A stretch of DNA of 64,000 nt from Amphiscolops sp. MND2022 (taxonomy: Eukaryota). Below are positions 11,594 through 22,970 of the stretch, one piece after another. The position numbers and the translations under genes were made by a program. The stretch is from the NCBI GenBank assembly GCA_964187785.1, contig OZ076416.1:25792001-25856000 (forward strand), read 5' to 3'. The first letter of the stretch is position 1; each line of letters begins with the position of its first letter. The notes beneath the pieces are model-generated. The model searched no databases. It was not told where the DNA came from and saw only the letters and a list, made by a program, of their open reading frames with translations.

Positions 11594-13010
11594 TGTAACG
11601 GCTGATTCAAATCTTAACAACGGATTCAAGCTTGTGCCGGTCCTTGGTCCGTCCTGCTTTTCACTAGTAAAGCAGGATTCTAGAATTTGAAAGGACTGTA
11701 TATTCCAATTGGTCTGAAATAGCTCCACTAGCTAGCTATTCCTAACTTTGAGAATTTCAATCTCCAAATCCTCTTCGAACAAGACAATCTTGGTGAAAAT
11801 AGTCCCAGCTATGACTAGATTCTGTCTTCAGCGCTCGACTGTGAAGAATTGAACGATTAAAATCTCAAGTTATTAATCAACTGTTCACTAGCGTAATTCA
11901 GAATTCGTCTAACTAACTATTAGAACACATTGTTTGCATAACAAACAATAACATCATTCGCATTTCTAAAGTTATAAAGCGTGAATAAAAGGTGCGATTA
12001 GGGCGTTTATGACCACCAGTCACATGGGGGAACTATGTTTGAGGACTGTGAGGTTCAATTTATGATTATTGAACTTTTCAACAGATGAATGGAAAATCAT
12101 CAAAATTGAACATAGTTTCAAGATATAAATCATTAAGTATTTATCAAAAATATTATTAAGATGCTTCAGAGGGATATATGGCACCAAATTTGGGAAAACT
12201 TAAACTGAAGCACGCGCAATATGTGGGTGGAGTCGATCTTGACATTTATAAGGCACCGGAAGTCAAATCAGGCGATGTAATACATCAAATTTGACTACAA
12301 AACACATGAAATCTTTACATTTTTGCCAAGCTCAGATATAAACCAAAGTGAAACTATCAGGTGAATGAACCATGAATAACCTTTACAGTCTACTGAACTG
12401 AATTTATCTATAAAGTAAGAAGGAGGATGAAAAAACAGCACTTGATATAGAAAATATTGTTAAAATATGAGAATTATGCTATTTTTGTGGCGAAATAACG
12501 ATTATTTCGCAACATACAAATATCGTGTTGTGAATCAAAACATTCCAAAACACACGTTAGGAGATATACAGCATGTATAAAGCACTTTAGTAATAACATC
12601 GATTATAGGTATCTCAAAAATCACCAAAAAGTTACAATTATCTGTGTGTTAGAGTTTAAGCTGAGGAGCGGTGCCGTTGGGCCACAAAAAAATAATTTTT
12701 GTCTGGGATTTGGCTGAAACTTGGTGGGTTGATAGTCCAGCCAAAATGATTCGGCGACACTGCAAAACTAGATCGCTGATCTCTACGTGACCTTGAGATT
12801 TACTGTTTCAAGGCTTACATAGGTCTAAGTGCCACATGGGTAATTTAACAGGTAAAATTACAAGTCTTCAACACATACCCATGGATCTTATTAGCAGCAC
12901 TGATAGGGGTCTCTTAGGGCTCAATAATAGCAGTAATGACCAATTTTTTGAATAACTAAGAAGGTGAAAATTTTTCAAGTTTAGTGATTTTTCAGTGTTT
13001 GGCGCCAACA
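11594..13010 (-). repeat. 5' LTR (1,417 bp)
   Basis: Minus strand starts TGTTGGCGCC and ends CGTTACA. Direct repeat of 3587-5003 at offset 8007. Confidence 0.92.
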
Positions 13011-13330
13011 GGTCTCTCCCGGTATGGTATGTTACGCGGAAAAACAGGTAAAACCATTTTGGTCCAGTTCGCTAGGCCAAATGGTGCAATTTGACACCAT
13101 AATATTTTGTAGAACTTTTAAGAACTATTTTGGTCAGTTCGTGTGGATAGAAAAAAAAAGTCACTATAATAGTCGCGTTTCACTTCATGAAGCGCCGACT
13201 AAAAAAAGGAAAAAGTTCAATTCGCTAGACCAAATGGTTTTGGTCAGTTCGTGTGGATTGAGAAAAAGCCACTAGTATAGTCGCGTTTCACTTCATGAAG
13301 CGCCGACTAAAAGACGAAGTTCTTCGGTTT
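13011..13330. repeat. Same repeat family on the right flank of the LTR element, with a ~70-bp internal direct repeat
   Basis: GGTCAGTTCGTGTGGAT...TAGTCGCGTTTCACTTCATGAAGCGCCGACTAAAA at ~13132 and ~13243. Related to ~2150-2205, ~16705-16750 (inverted) and ~22285. Confidence 0.6.
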
Positions 13331-14536
13331 TTCCTCATATTTGGAGTCACTCTGAAGTGTTTTTGAAGGTGTACTGCATAGCTTGTTCTTTCGTCTTTGA
13401 ACGTTTTAAACCCTCTCACCCATAAAAACTCGAAAATTGTACCCTAATTGGATGAAAAAGGACAAAACTGGAACAATTCGAATTTTCTGTAAATTTAGGG
13501 GTGAATTTGAGGCATCTTTCGATCAAGCAAATGCACTTATCTTTATAAATCTGGAATGTACCTTGCCTCAAGTGATGCGAACGCATTCCAATTGCTCAAA
13601 ACTTGGAACACAAAGCTGTATGAAACCAAAGAGGCCCTTTTAGATTTGAGACACTAAGAGACTTTCGAGTTTTTCTCACCTCACCAAAAGGTCCCCACTT
13701 TGGTTTTTCAAGAAAAAGCCCCTCTAAGCCTAGAAGACCCACCTCTAGGTATTTTTCGGCCCTGGAAGATTTTCCAGAATTTTTATAATCATCATCATCA
13801 TCATTACTAAGGCACTACGTAAGTTAAAAGACTTAACTAAGTTGTCCTCATTTGAAAGTAGGCGTGCACGACGATTCGTCTTCGAAGGATTTGAAACAGC
13901 TACGCAAGAACTACTTCGCAAAGCTCAACTCGACTTACCTATGGACACAGTGCTGAGATGTATGCGACTGAATTTTTATGAAAACACCCTTCTAGCAAGA
14001 CAGCGCGTTTTAAGCCTTTAACCCTAACTTGACCACTGTGACGAATTCGGCACATTTAGTTTCTACAAATTCTAAACGCACCAGCTGATTGTATGGTGAA
14101 GAAAACTCTTGAAAAAGATTTTCAGACGATATTGCATAGCATTCGGCGCCTTTTCACGGAATATTGAAGTGATGTCTCCGAAATCCAGAAATTGGGACAA
14201 AAAAATCGAAAAAAAATGAGTGCAGATTTTCCCTTTTTCCAGTTTTCGTTTGTGGCCCTTTTATATCACAGGTATCAACATTGGGTCAAAGCGGCCCCAG
14301 CGTGTTTTGAAACATGCTGAAAAGCAATCAGAGACACGACGCGTGCAAATTTTTGGCGCAAACTGCGGAGCCAGTTTCCGCCTTGTTACCTTTTGTTATA
14401 TCAGATGTCATTCAGGGTTCTCGTATGTCTGATGGTATATATCTCGAAATGCATTATTGTCAATCTTTTCAACGCCAAACAACCATATGAATATTTCATC
14501 AAGCATACTGTAACTTTGTTTGCTTATTCCACTAAC

Positions 14537-14681
14537 CCATAGAACGAAGTTGGGCAGAATAACTGAATCATTTTCTTTCATAGTGGATCGTGACTCATCA
14601 AAGACGTATGTATGTTTTATTTTGTACTCCACCTTTTCAGATCCATTGTGAAACGTAACATTCTCCTTAACCAGAACCTCT
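14537..14681 (-). CDS. CD36/SCARB-family exon 3
   Basis: Acceptor gttttag|A and donor TGG|GTTAGT. EVLVKENVTFHNGSEKVEYKIKHTYVFDESRSTMKENDSVILPNFVLW is a typical CD36 segment, and phases fit both neighbours. Confidence 0.9.
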
Positions 14682-15084
14682 CTAAAACATGAACATTAAC
14701 GAATGAAAAAACGTTGGAAAATAATTTATAACCAGAAAATCAGTGACGTTGGAAACCTTTATGAACTTACATACTATTGAAATACATCGAAAATCAGCTA
14801 TTTCATCAATTATTTTGTTTCCATTTGGTGAAAAATCTAAAAGTCAACGCTGCTTCATTTTCTAGCTTAAACTGTAGCGGAAAATGAACGAAACCAAGAA
14901 ATAAGAGGTATTCTTCAACCGCGTATTAATAAAATGCCGACCCCAATTATCACAGTGAAAAAAAAACAGTGAAGATGGCGTATATGGCGGCAAAAATAAA
15001 CACACAACCCATGTTGGAAAAAGCCAAACAAGGAATTTTGATGTTTATTATAAACAATGCAAAGCGTCGACGGCGAATACTTAC

Positions 15085-15251
15085 TTGTAAGTTACGATTC
15101 CAGCTTCCGAAACATTGGGTGTGGAGCCTTTGAGGAGGATTTCATGGACGTTAGTGTAGTTGAAAATGTGAAACTTGAGGAAAACAGGAACATCGTCGCC
15201 AGGGTTGACCCACTCTTTGAACACTTCAGAGCCGTTTGTGAGACTCACTCT
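15085..15251 (-). CDS. CD36/SCARB-family exon 2
   Basis: Acceptor taatgcag| and donor AA|GTAAGT (phase 2). RVSLTNGSEVFKEWVNPGDDVPVFLKFHIFNYTNVHEILLKGSTPNVSEAGIVTY matches the CD36 motif W..P....Y.KF..FN.TN..E...G..P...E.G..TY. Confidence 0.92.
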
Positions 15252-15617
15252 CTGCATTAAAGACATAAGACTGTTGTTAACTTTAAGAATGTTTCACAAA
15301 GATTCTTGAAGAAAGGTTTTCATTAGTTGGAAATCTTTTTTCGATCGAGTCTTTTCGAACTGATTGCATTACTTTTTTCGATCGAGTCTTTTCGAACTGA
15401 TTGCTTTACATCATAATTCAATTTCATGCAATCCACTAGGTATGCTCGGCAATGTAAAAAGGTCAAAACTCCCAGGTTCAAAAGTTGGCTACACTCGGAA
15501 TTTTTTTCAACTATACCGCGAGAAGTAGTCTTCGACGACAGAAGTTGCGCGAAATGCTGTTATAAACTCATCAACCTTGTTTTGGTTTTGAAAAAGGTAT
15601 AAAACGTTGTAGCTCAC

Positions 15618-15731
15618 CTCGTTGAACTGCCGTTTGAAGACTTTCGGAAACCCAAATAAGACTGCTATTCCGACACAGATGAAGATTATTGCAAAACAGA
15701 GACAGCATATGGTAACTGGCCGTGAAGACAT
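15618..15731 (-). CDS. CD36/SCARB-family scavenger receptor, coding exon 1 (N-terminal TM anchor)
   Basis: ATG at 15731. MSSRPVTICCLCFAIIFICVGIAVLFGFPKVFKRQFNE is followed by donor GAG|GTGAG (phase 0). An acceptor tttttttcag lies at 15751, just upstream. Confidence 0.85.
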
Positions 15732-16699
15732 AATAATTGCATAAAAATATCTGAAAAAAAATATTTGCGTAACTGGCTTGAAATGAAACTGCACTTCCTG
15801 AGCAGGTAAACATCTCACGTAATACAATTTTTAGCACAGTGGGAAGACATGCTGAAAGCGGAACAAGGGGCCAAATTGACATTGAGCGCTAACTCACCAG
15901 TCCGAAAAAAGTATTTCGGAAAAAATTGAACAATCAATGACTATTTAAAACCACCCTATTTAATATATGAAAGGAAACCCAATGATTCAATACAGCCATT
16001 TTTGAGTTGGGCTTTGTGAGAGCAAATTACAGTAATGGCTTTTTAGTCGCAGCAATCAAATGGAATCGACTTTTATAGTGGCTTTTTGTTCCAATTCGCC
16101 CCTAAGAGATCGAAAATGTTGTACGAAACGTCTACAGATTTCGTACACGGCCCAGTGGCTAAATTGTGTAATTTCTGGCAGCACGTTACGGATTCGATTC
16201 CAAACGGATAGCATTTTCATTAGATTTCCTATTCTAAAGCACGCTCCAATAATAGAATTATCTTTTGGTGAAATTATTGAAGAGGGAAGGTTGTCCTAAT
16301 CATGAGCAATATAGGGTCAAATTCTCATTAAGCATCCACGATTGTTGCAAAGCGAACCAATCACTGGGAAAGTAAAATATAAACGGAAAATGTTCAAAAA
16401 AGTAGCATTTACAGGCGGAAAACACTCAATATAGGCGGACCAAAAAATGGAACTGCTTAAACTGAAGCAAATTTTCGAAAGCGTTTGATGTTATAATGTA
16501 CAAACAGTTTGAGCACCGTCTCTTCAGCTGATTTTGGTCCTGCAAAAAAGAGTATAGTGTCGAGAAAAATGACAAATAAGTAGATCGTGAAATATCCCCT
16601 CTCCAATAGTCATTTGTGCCGCAGCTGATAGACCGGAACTTTTTGCGTTCATTTTATCAAGGAGTAATCCTGCTAACTTGTTTCCAGTTTCTTTCAGAT

Positions 16700-17490
16700 C
16701 GCCATTTTTAGTCGGCGCCTTTTCCCTTAAGGAAAAAAGCCCGACTCTTACAGTGAGTAGTTTTTTTTGTTTTTTTTTCAGTTGACAATCTCACTCTGAG
16801 TGGTCCACTTTTCTTACAATTTGTTCATCTTTCATATTTGTTCATCTTCGACCAAGCCGGAGAGCGTGGATTCGATTCTCGCACTAAACCATAAATTTTT
16901 TAATGCTTCCAAAAGTACAGGTGAGACCAAAGTGCCCCCCCCTTAAATTTCAAAAATAATTTTTTTGAAAATTTTTTTTTCCAAATTTTTACAATAGTTG
17001 TTCCTTGAATATTTTTGAGCCTAAGATATGGCGCCGACTTGGGACGTTCCCGTCTTGTTCTTTTTTCCTTTTTCAGCTGACAATCTCACTCTGAATGGTC
17101 CTTTTTTTACAATCTTTTGTTCATTTGTTCAACTAATGTTCTGAGAAGCAGGAGATCGTGGGTTAGATTCTCGCACTAAACCACAAATTTTTTTATGCTT
17201 CCAAAAGTAGAGGGTAGTCCAAAGGGTCCCCCCCCCCTTTGGGTTTTTTTCGGCACTATGCGACTTTTTTTCGAAAATTTTTTCCCTTGCATTTTTTTGA
17301 AGTTTTCGGTTTGTAGAAAACGTTGAATGAGCCTAAATGACCTTTTTTAGGTTTTTCGGCATTGTGCGACTTTTTTACCAAATACTTTTTTTGGAAAAAA
17401 ATTTTCCAAATATTTCCAATAGTTGTTCCTTGAATATCTTTGAGCCTAAGATATGGCGCCGACTTGGGACGTTCCCGTCTTGTTTTTCTA
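16700..17490. repeat. Tandem ~300-bp units of the same family in inverted orientation
   Basis: TTTCAG(T/C)TGACAATCTCACTCTGA..GGTCC...GATTCTCGCACTAAACCA...TGCTTCCAAAAGTA occurs at ~16775 and ~17070. Confidence 0.65.
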
Positions 17491-17839
17491 AAATTTTACC
17501 CAGTTGTAAATTCACTTCAGCGGCACGGAAATCGCTGGCTTCTGATTCTTTGAGATATTCGATGAGGAATTCGAAAACTGAGATGAACCAATGCTTTTGA
17601 TAGTTTCCGGTTTCTGCGACCTTAGTTGCTGATGTTGTGTTATGGGGTCGATTCCCATCATGGAGTCTTCCGAGGAATTCCAGTCCCAATTAACGTAAGC
17701 AATTGAATCTTACATGCCCCATCTGATTAGACAAGGAATCGAAAAAGACATTTGGGTCCAAAAAGACAAAGCGGTCCATTTGTCTGGAACTTTTTTCACT
17801 CTCAAGTACGACGAAGGTACTTTCCGAAAACTTTTCTTC

Positions 17840-18136
17840 GGTACTCCTGATCAAAAGTGGTCCCGAGCGATTTCTCCTGACTAAGTGTGGTACCTGCATA
17901 TTTTGTCGGAATTATTGTAACGTCGTCAGCTATGTTCACACCTAGTGGCCTAAATGCAGGAGCGAAGCGAAGGGAGCGACGTGCCATATGGCAATGCCTC
18001 AATGTTGTTACTTGGCGAAGGGAGCGAAGCGACCGAGCCGTACAACAAATATGCTAACCTCTTCTAGGGACCACACTTAGGAGTTTTCAGGCCGGCTGCA
18101 TAAATTTTGTAGGGACCACACTTAGTCAGGAGTACC
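17840..18136. mobile_element. Merlin-like MITE (GGTAC termini)
   Basis: TIR GGTACTCCTGA...TCAGGAGTACC. AACTTTTC flanks both sides, offset by 3 nt (TTC) on the left. Confidence 0.7.
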
Positions 18137-18415
18137 AACTTTTCAAATGTTTCTGACCAGTGAGTTGACATTATCCCCGGGCTCTAAGTTTTGATGTAAG
18201 TCGAAGTTTGTTTCACATCAATGCTAGCAGCAATATTGTAAGACGTGAGTAACAGGCGAAGCTTTTTGAAATTGCTGACTAGTCCAGAAGTTAGCAAAAA
18301 TTGATGTACAAGCACTTGACTTGCGATGCCTGTAAGATAACAATATCCAAAAAGTAAGGTTGGTTCACTTGCAATTCAATCCATCCAAAACTCCTCCAAT
18401 AAGCATTGTATTGTA

Positions 18416-19391
18416 GGTACTCCTGACTGAGTGTGGTCACAAGCGATTTCTCCTTACTAAGTGTGGTCCCTATATACAAGTGTGGTCCTTGCATATTTTG
18501 TCGGAATTATTATTACAACGTCGTCAGCTATATTCACATACCCCTAGTGCCCTAAATGCAGGAGGGAAGCGGAGAGACGTGCCATATGGCCATGCCTCAA
18601 TGCTGCTACTTGGGCGAAGGGAGCGAAGCAACCGATCCATACAACAAATATGATAACCTCTTCAAATCAAGTCCCATACATATTGGCTGTAACAGCACTA
18701 AAATTTGAATTCTGCTGTTTGTGACCTACTTTGTAAATTTTTTGGACCATGTCATCTATTCCCCCCCCCCCGGTACACCTTGTTGGGAATATTCCCCCAA
18801 CACGAAAGCACTTTTTGTTCTTGAAAAAAATATTTCGCCAATAAGAGAATATTATATGAATGTAAATACTTAGAGGATTGTCTCCACAACTGTTTGGACA
18901 CTTCAGGCAAAAAAATTACCATAATTTTTGATATTATTGTCTAAAATAGAAATTCAGGTTGGGAACAAGCTAAAATCTTATAAAAAGGCCCCCTGTTTAA
19001 CGCAAATTTTGTCCGCTATAAAATCTAATGAGCAATTTTTAACTGACAGTCAATGTAATGGATAGGATTATGTCGACATCAATTGTTTTATTGGACCAAA
19101 ATTTCAACGCAAACGATGTCGACATAATGGTATTTGAACCTTTTCTCTTACTTCTCCCTGCCGCAGTTTGGGGAGGAAATAGATGACATGGTCCAATTTT
19201 TTTGTAAAGTGATACAGATGAATACATAGTCACCATCTTTTGGACTACATAAAATGTTTGCTTTAATTTTGAACTGCATGTAATGTTTGCTTTACGGTTG
19301 CACTTCGAAATTTGCTAGGGACCACACTCAGTCAGGAGTTTTCAGGCCGGCTGCATAAATTTTGTAGGGACCACACTTAGCCAGGAGTACC
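18416..19391. mobile_element. Merlin-like MITE, longer chimeric copy
   Basis: GGTACTCCTGACTGAGTGTGGTC ... GACCACACTTAGCCAGGAGTACC. No TSD seen. Confidence 0.65.
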
Positions 19392-19470
19392 CAATTTGAG
19401 TTGCCCAGAAATCGCTGAGATAGGTAGACCAGGTCCAACCCATACCTTTGTAAAAACACGATTTTGTCGG

Positions 19471-19937
19471 CAGAGGTGTAAAAATTTATATTGTATTGCA
19501 ATATATTGCAATTAAATACAATTAATATATTTATTTAGTTGGAGCAAAAATACAATATATTTATTGAAATAAGGCAAATATTGTCAGAGCTCTACAATAT
19601 ATTGCGCAAAAAAATTATTGCAAAATAGAAATAAAATTTCATTTAATATGCATTTTAAGCGGACTAGAAGTGAAAGACTATTAAGGGAGAAATTCACTAA
19701 GCTGTTCAATATGCATAATTAATTTCGAGAGTGTAGTCTTCCTTTATACAAATAACAACATTGGAATGTTTGCCTTGTAAATGAATGTTTCTCTGCCCAA
19801 TAAAATATTTCACAATCTATTGTTTTTCTAAAATATTGCAGTACAATGAATACAATATATTTATTGCTGAAATTGAATCAATCAATATATTTATTTTTTT
19901 GAAAAAATATATTTAAATACAATATTTCACACCCCTG
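19471..19937. mobile_element. hAT-like MITE (467 bp)
   Basis: Termini CAGAGGTGT.../...ACACCCCTG. 8-bp TSD TTTGTCGG / TTTGCCGG (7 of 8). Subterminal AATACAATATATTTATT repeats. Confidence 0.8.
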
Positions 19938-20087
19938 TTTGCCGGTACAGTGATATCGGCTTGTGGGCGCTGTAAACCAACAGATTCGGCGTGTTTTTTA
20001 CTCTGGATATGCTGTGAAATGTAACTTTAAAGCTAAAGCTGGCACAAACATTACAATGGGGAATTCCCACACAGCAGAAGTCTCAAA

Positions 20088-20464
20088 CAGCAGAAAATGA
20101 AAATTCGGTCCCATTCAGCAGAATTTTCTTTATGCTGCAATCTGATTGGCTGAAATTTCAAATCGAATTGAATTCACTATGATGAAAACGCGTGTCAGAT
20201 TTTGTCGGAATTATTATTATAACGTAGTCAGATATGTTCACATACCCCTAGTGCCCTAAATGCAGGAGCGAAGCGAAGCGGAGCGACGTGCCATATGGCC
20301 ATGCCTCAATGTTGCTACTTGGCGAAGGGAGCGAAGCGACCGAGCCATACAACAAATATGCAAACCTTTCCAAATAAATCAAGTTTCTACATACTAGCTG
20401 TAACAACACTAAAAGCTAGTAATTTGAATTCTGCTGTATGGGACCGAATTTTCATTTTCTGCTG
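20088..20464. mobile_element. MITE with 38-bp inverted arms around the shared GCGAAGCG core
   Basis: CAGCAGAAAATGAAAATTCGGTCCCATTCAGCAGAATT (20088-20125) matches its reverse complement at 20427-20464 with 1 mismatch. Confidence 0.75.
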
Positions 20465-21089
20465 TATGAATAGGCCTTGATTACAATAAACCTTGAACCC
20501 ATCCTTTATGGAGCCAAAACTTTCAGACAAGACTTAGTTTTAGTTGCAACCCGTAATGTAACTTCAGATGAAACGTGAATCATTAGTCAAAATTAGGACT
20601 TTTCTGAGAAATGTTTAAATAACAGTAAACCATTTATGTATGGTGTTGTATATTTCTGAGAAATGTTAGAATACGTACAATGCTTCTTAGTTTAATTTCA
20701 CTTAGCAATACGAGGTTTTGATATGCTTTTCTCTCAAATACGTTTGGAACGAAGCGAAAAATGATTGAACTATGCCGAAATAGCCGACACTTAAATTTTA
20801 CTTTCCCACTAATCGTCTGGATATCCCGTACCGAACATTCAAGTGAAGTGAAAATTTCAAATTGAGAATGATTACCATTTAAAAAAAATAGGCCCCTCCG
20901 GGGCTCAGTACTATTTCTGCTTTAATCTTTATTTTTTTAAAACAAAAAATCATTAATAAAAGAATCATATCTGGAATACCAATACACTCCTGTTTAATCA
21001 TTACTTAGAGCACAATTAATCACTGTACAAGTTTACACCGCCTTTAATTCTTCTCGGACTAAAGAAAATATAACTAAGCGTAGACGAAG

Positions 21090-21280
21090 TTTCGCATTCG
21101 CATTTGAATGCAGGCGAAGCTCTCAACGAACGAATAATTAACACTCATTCGCTTCATCTCAATGACGTCAGCATACGAATGGATAATTACCACTCGCTCG
21201 TTCTATCGCACTAGAATTGAATTGTTGTCGGCAGCTTTCCCACGCTTACACTCACTGCCGAACAAAATATCTGAATTATT
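21090..21280. repeat. Dispersed repeat; related copies at ~42430-42635 and ~48450-48655
   Basis: Shared CATCTCAATGA...ACCACTCG.TCGTT..ATCGCAC...GAATTGTTGT.GGCAGCTT...CACGCTTA.ACTCACTGCCGAACAAAATATCTGAATT. Confidence 0.7.
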
Positions 21281-21693
21281 CAGTAGGACGAAATTTGACG
21301 ACTGAAAAAAAAAAAGGACCAACTTTGAGGTTACAATAACATTCCTGCTAAAGCAGAAATATTAATAGCAAAGGTAATTAGAACGGTTTCGCTCGGTATC
21401 AAGATAAACACATCTCAGAATAAATAGCTGATATATTTGCACGACTACAGAATCGAGAATATTGTGTCATCAAACATGATTCATCAATATTTTGCGATGA
21501 AACAAAGATGAACCGGTGAGAAACGATGGTGACATCTCCGATACAAATTGTCCTCTTTATCTAGTGGACCAAAAAGAAACTATGCATCTCGATGAATGAA
21601 TCTTGTACAATCCATGTTGATTCAGTCATCTTTCAATAAACATGTTTTCGAACATTCTCGTATATTTATTTCCCATCATCGAAGTCAGAAACT

Positions 21694-22013
21694 GGTACTT
21701 TTGACTAAGTGTGGTCCCAAGCGATTTCTCCTTACTAAGTGTGGTCCCCATTTTATAAGTGTGGTCCCTGTATAGTTTGTCGGAATTTTTATTATTACTT
21801 AGTCAGCTATATTCACATTCCCCTAGTGTCCTCATTGCAAGAGCGAAGCCAAACGACGTGCCATATGGCCATGCCTCAATGTTGCTACTTGGCGAAGGGA
21901 GCGGAGCGACCGAGCCATACAACAAACATGCTAACATCTTCTAGGGACCACACTTAGGAGTTTTCTGGCCGGCTGTATAAGTTTTGTAGGGACCACACTT
22001 AGTCAAGAGCACC
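21694..22013. mobile_element. Merlin-like MITE with a perfect 8-bp TSD
   Basis: GGTACTTTTGACTAAGTGTGGTCCC ... GGGACCACACTTAGTCAAGAGCACC. CAGAAACT at 21686-21693 and 22014-22021. Confidence 0.8.
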
Positions 22014-22970
22014 CAGAAACTCGGAATTAGATCAGCTTTACTAGCATTCGCCGGATACATTTTCGAGAATCTATCACACTGAATCTTTCAAACTTGAATT
22101 CAACGCTGCTTATGTATAAAACTGTTGGTTTTGCCGACGAATAGTTTGAAATTCGAATAAGCATGTTAAAAATTGAAAGGGAGGACCCAAATTGAACCGG
22201 CGGACTCTAAAATACTTAGGCATTCGGCACGAAACGGTCACTTCAATCCGATTAAAAAAAGAGAGAAAAACACGATGAAAAGCCACTATAATAGTCACAT
22301 TTTCTGTCACAAAGCGCCAACTAAAATACTCAAGTTTAACACTAGTAGCAAAGCAATAACAAGAAATAAACCTAACACTGCTTTTAATGGTTCATTATTT
22401 CCAAAACAACCGATTCACAACTAAACCAACAGAAGCTAAAGTATGCTTACCACAATTTGGAGGTTGTTGAGTTAGCGATAAGGTACTTTTCTTTGAAAGT
22501 AAATTGACAAGACAGAAGTTTAAGATCAAGAAACATTAAATAACAAAATGACTGAATCTTGGCGAACGGTGACTATCCAAGTTTTATCAGCAATGACATC
22601 ATAAATCATCAGCGTCAACCAACATCAAATAATAAAAACACCACGACTGTCAAACATTCATGAACACCATTGACCCCTAATAAATAAATGAATGTCCTTT
22701 ATTCATGATACATGCGAGGGCAACTCCAGGGAAAAAATTTTCGGAAGTCTAAACAGAGTCACAAATTTTTGACAGTCTTCATACTACGACGCCTAAAAAG
22801 AAATCGCCGAGCAATTGTTTTCAAATATCAACATAAATGTTTCAGTTTCAGAAGCTCGCAAATTTGTCATCATTTCTCGGGTTGCTGGAATCAACAGTCC
22901 ACTCTCATTTCGCGCGAGTTCGATAAAAACTACAGGTGCTATAAATAAAAGGGTAAAACTAGCAAGTCAT

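Larger units (their letters stand above)
3587..13010 (-). mobile_element. BEL/Pao LTR retrotransposon, full-length but inactivated, in CD36 intron 3
   Basis: Two 1,417-bp TG...CA LTRs, PBS, and gag-protease-RT-RNaseH-integrase order with BEL-specific motifs. In-frame stops at 9081 and ~8507 and a frameshift at ~8545. Confidence 0.95.
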
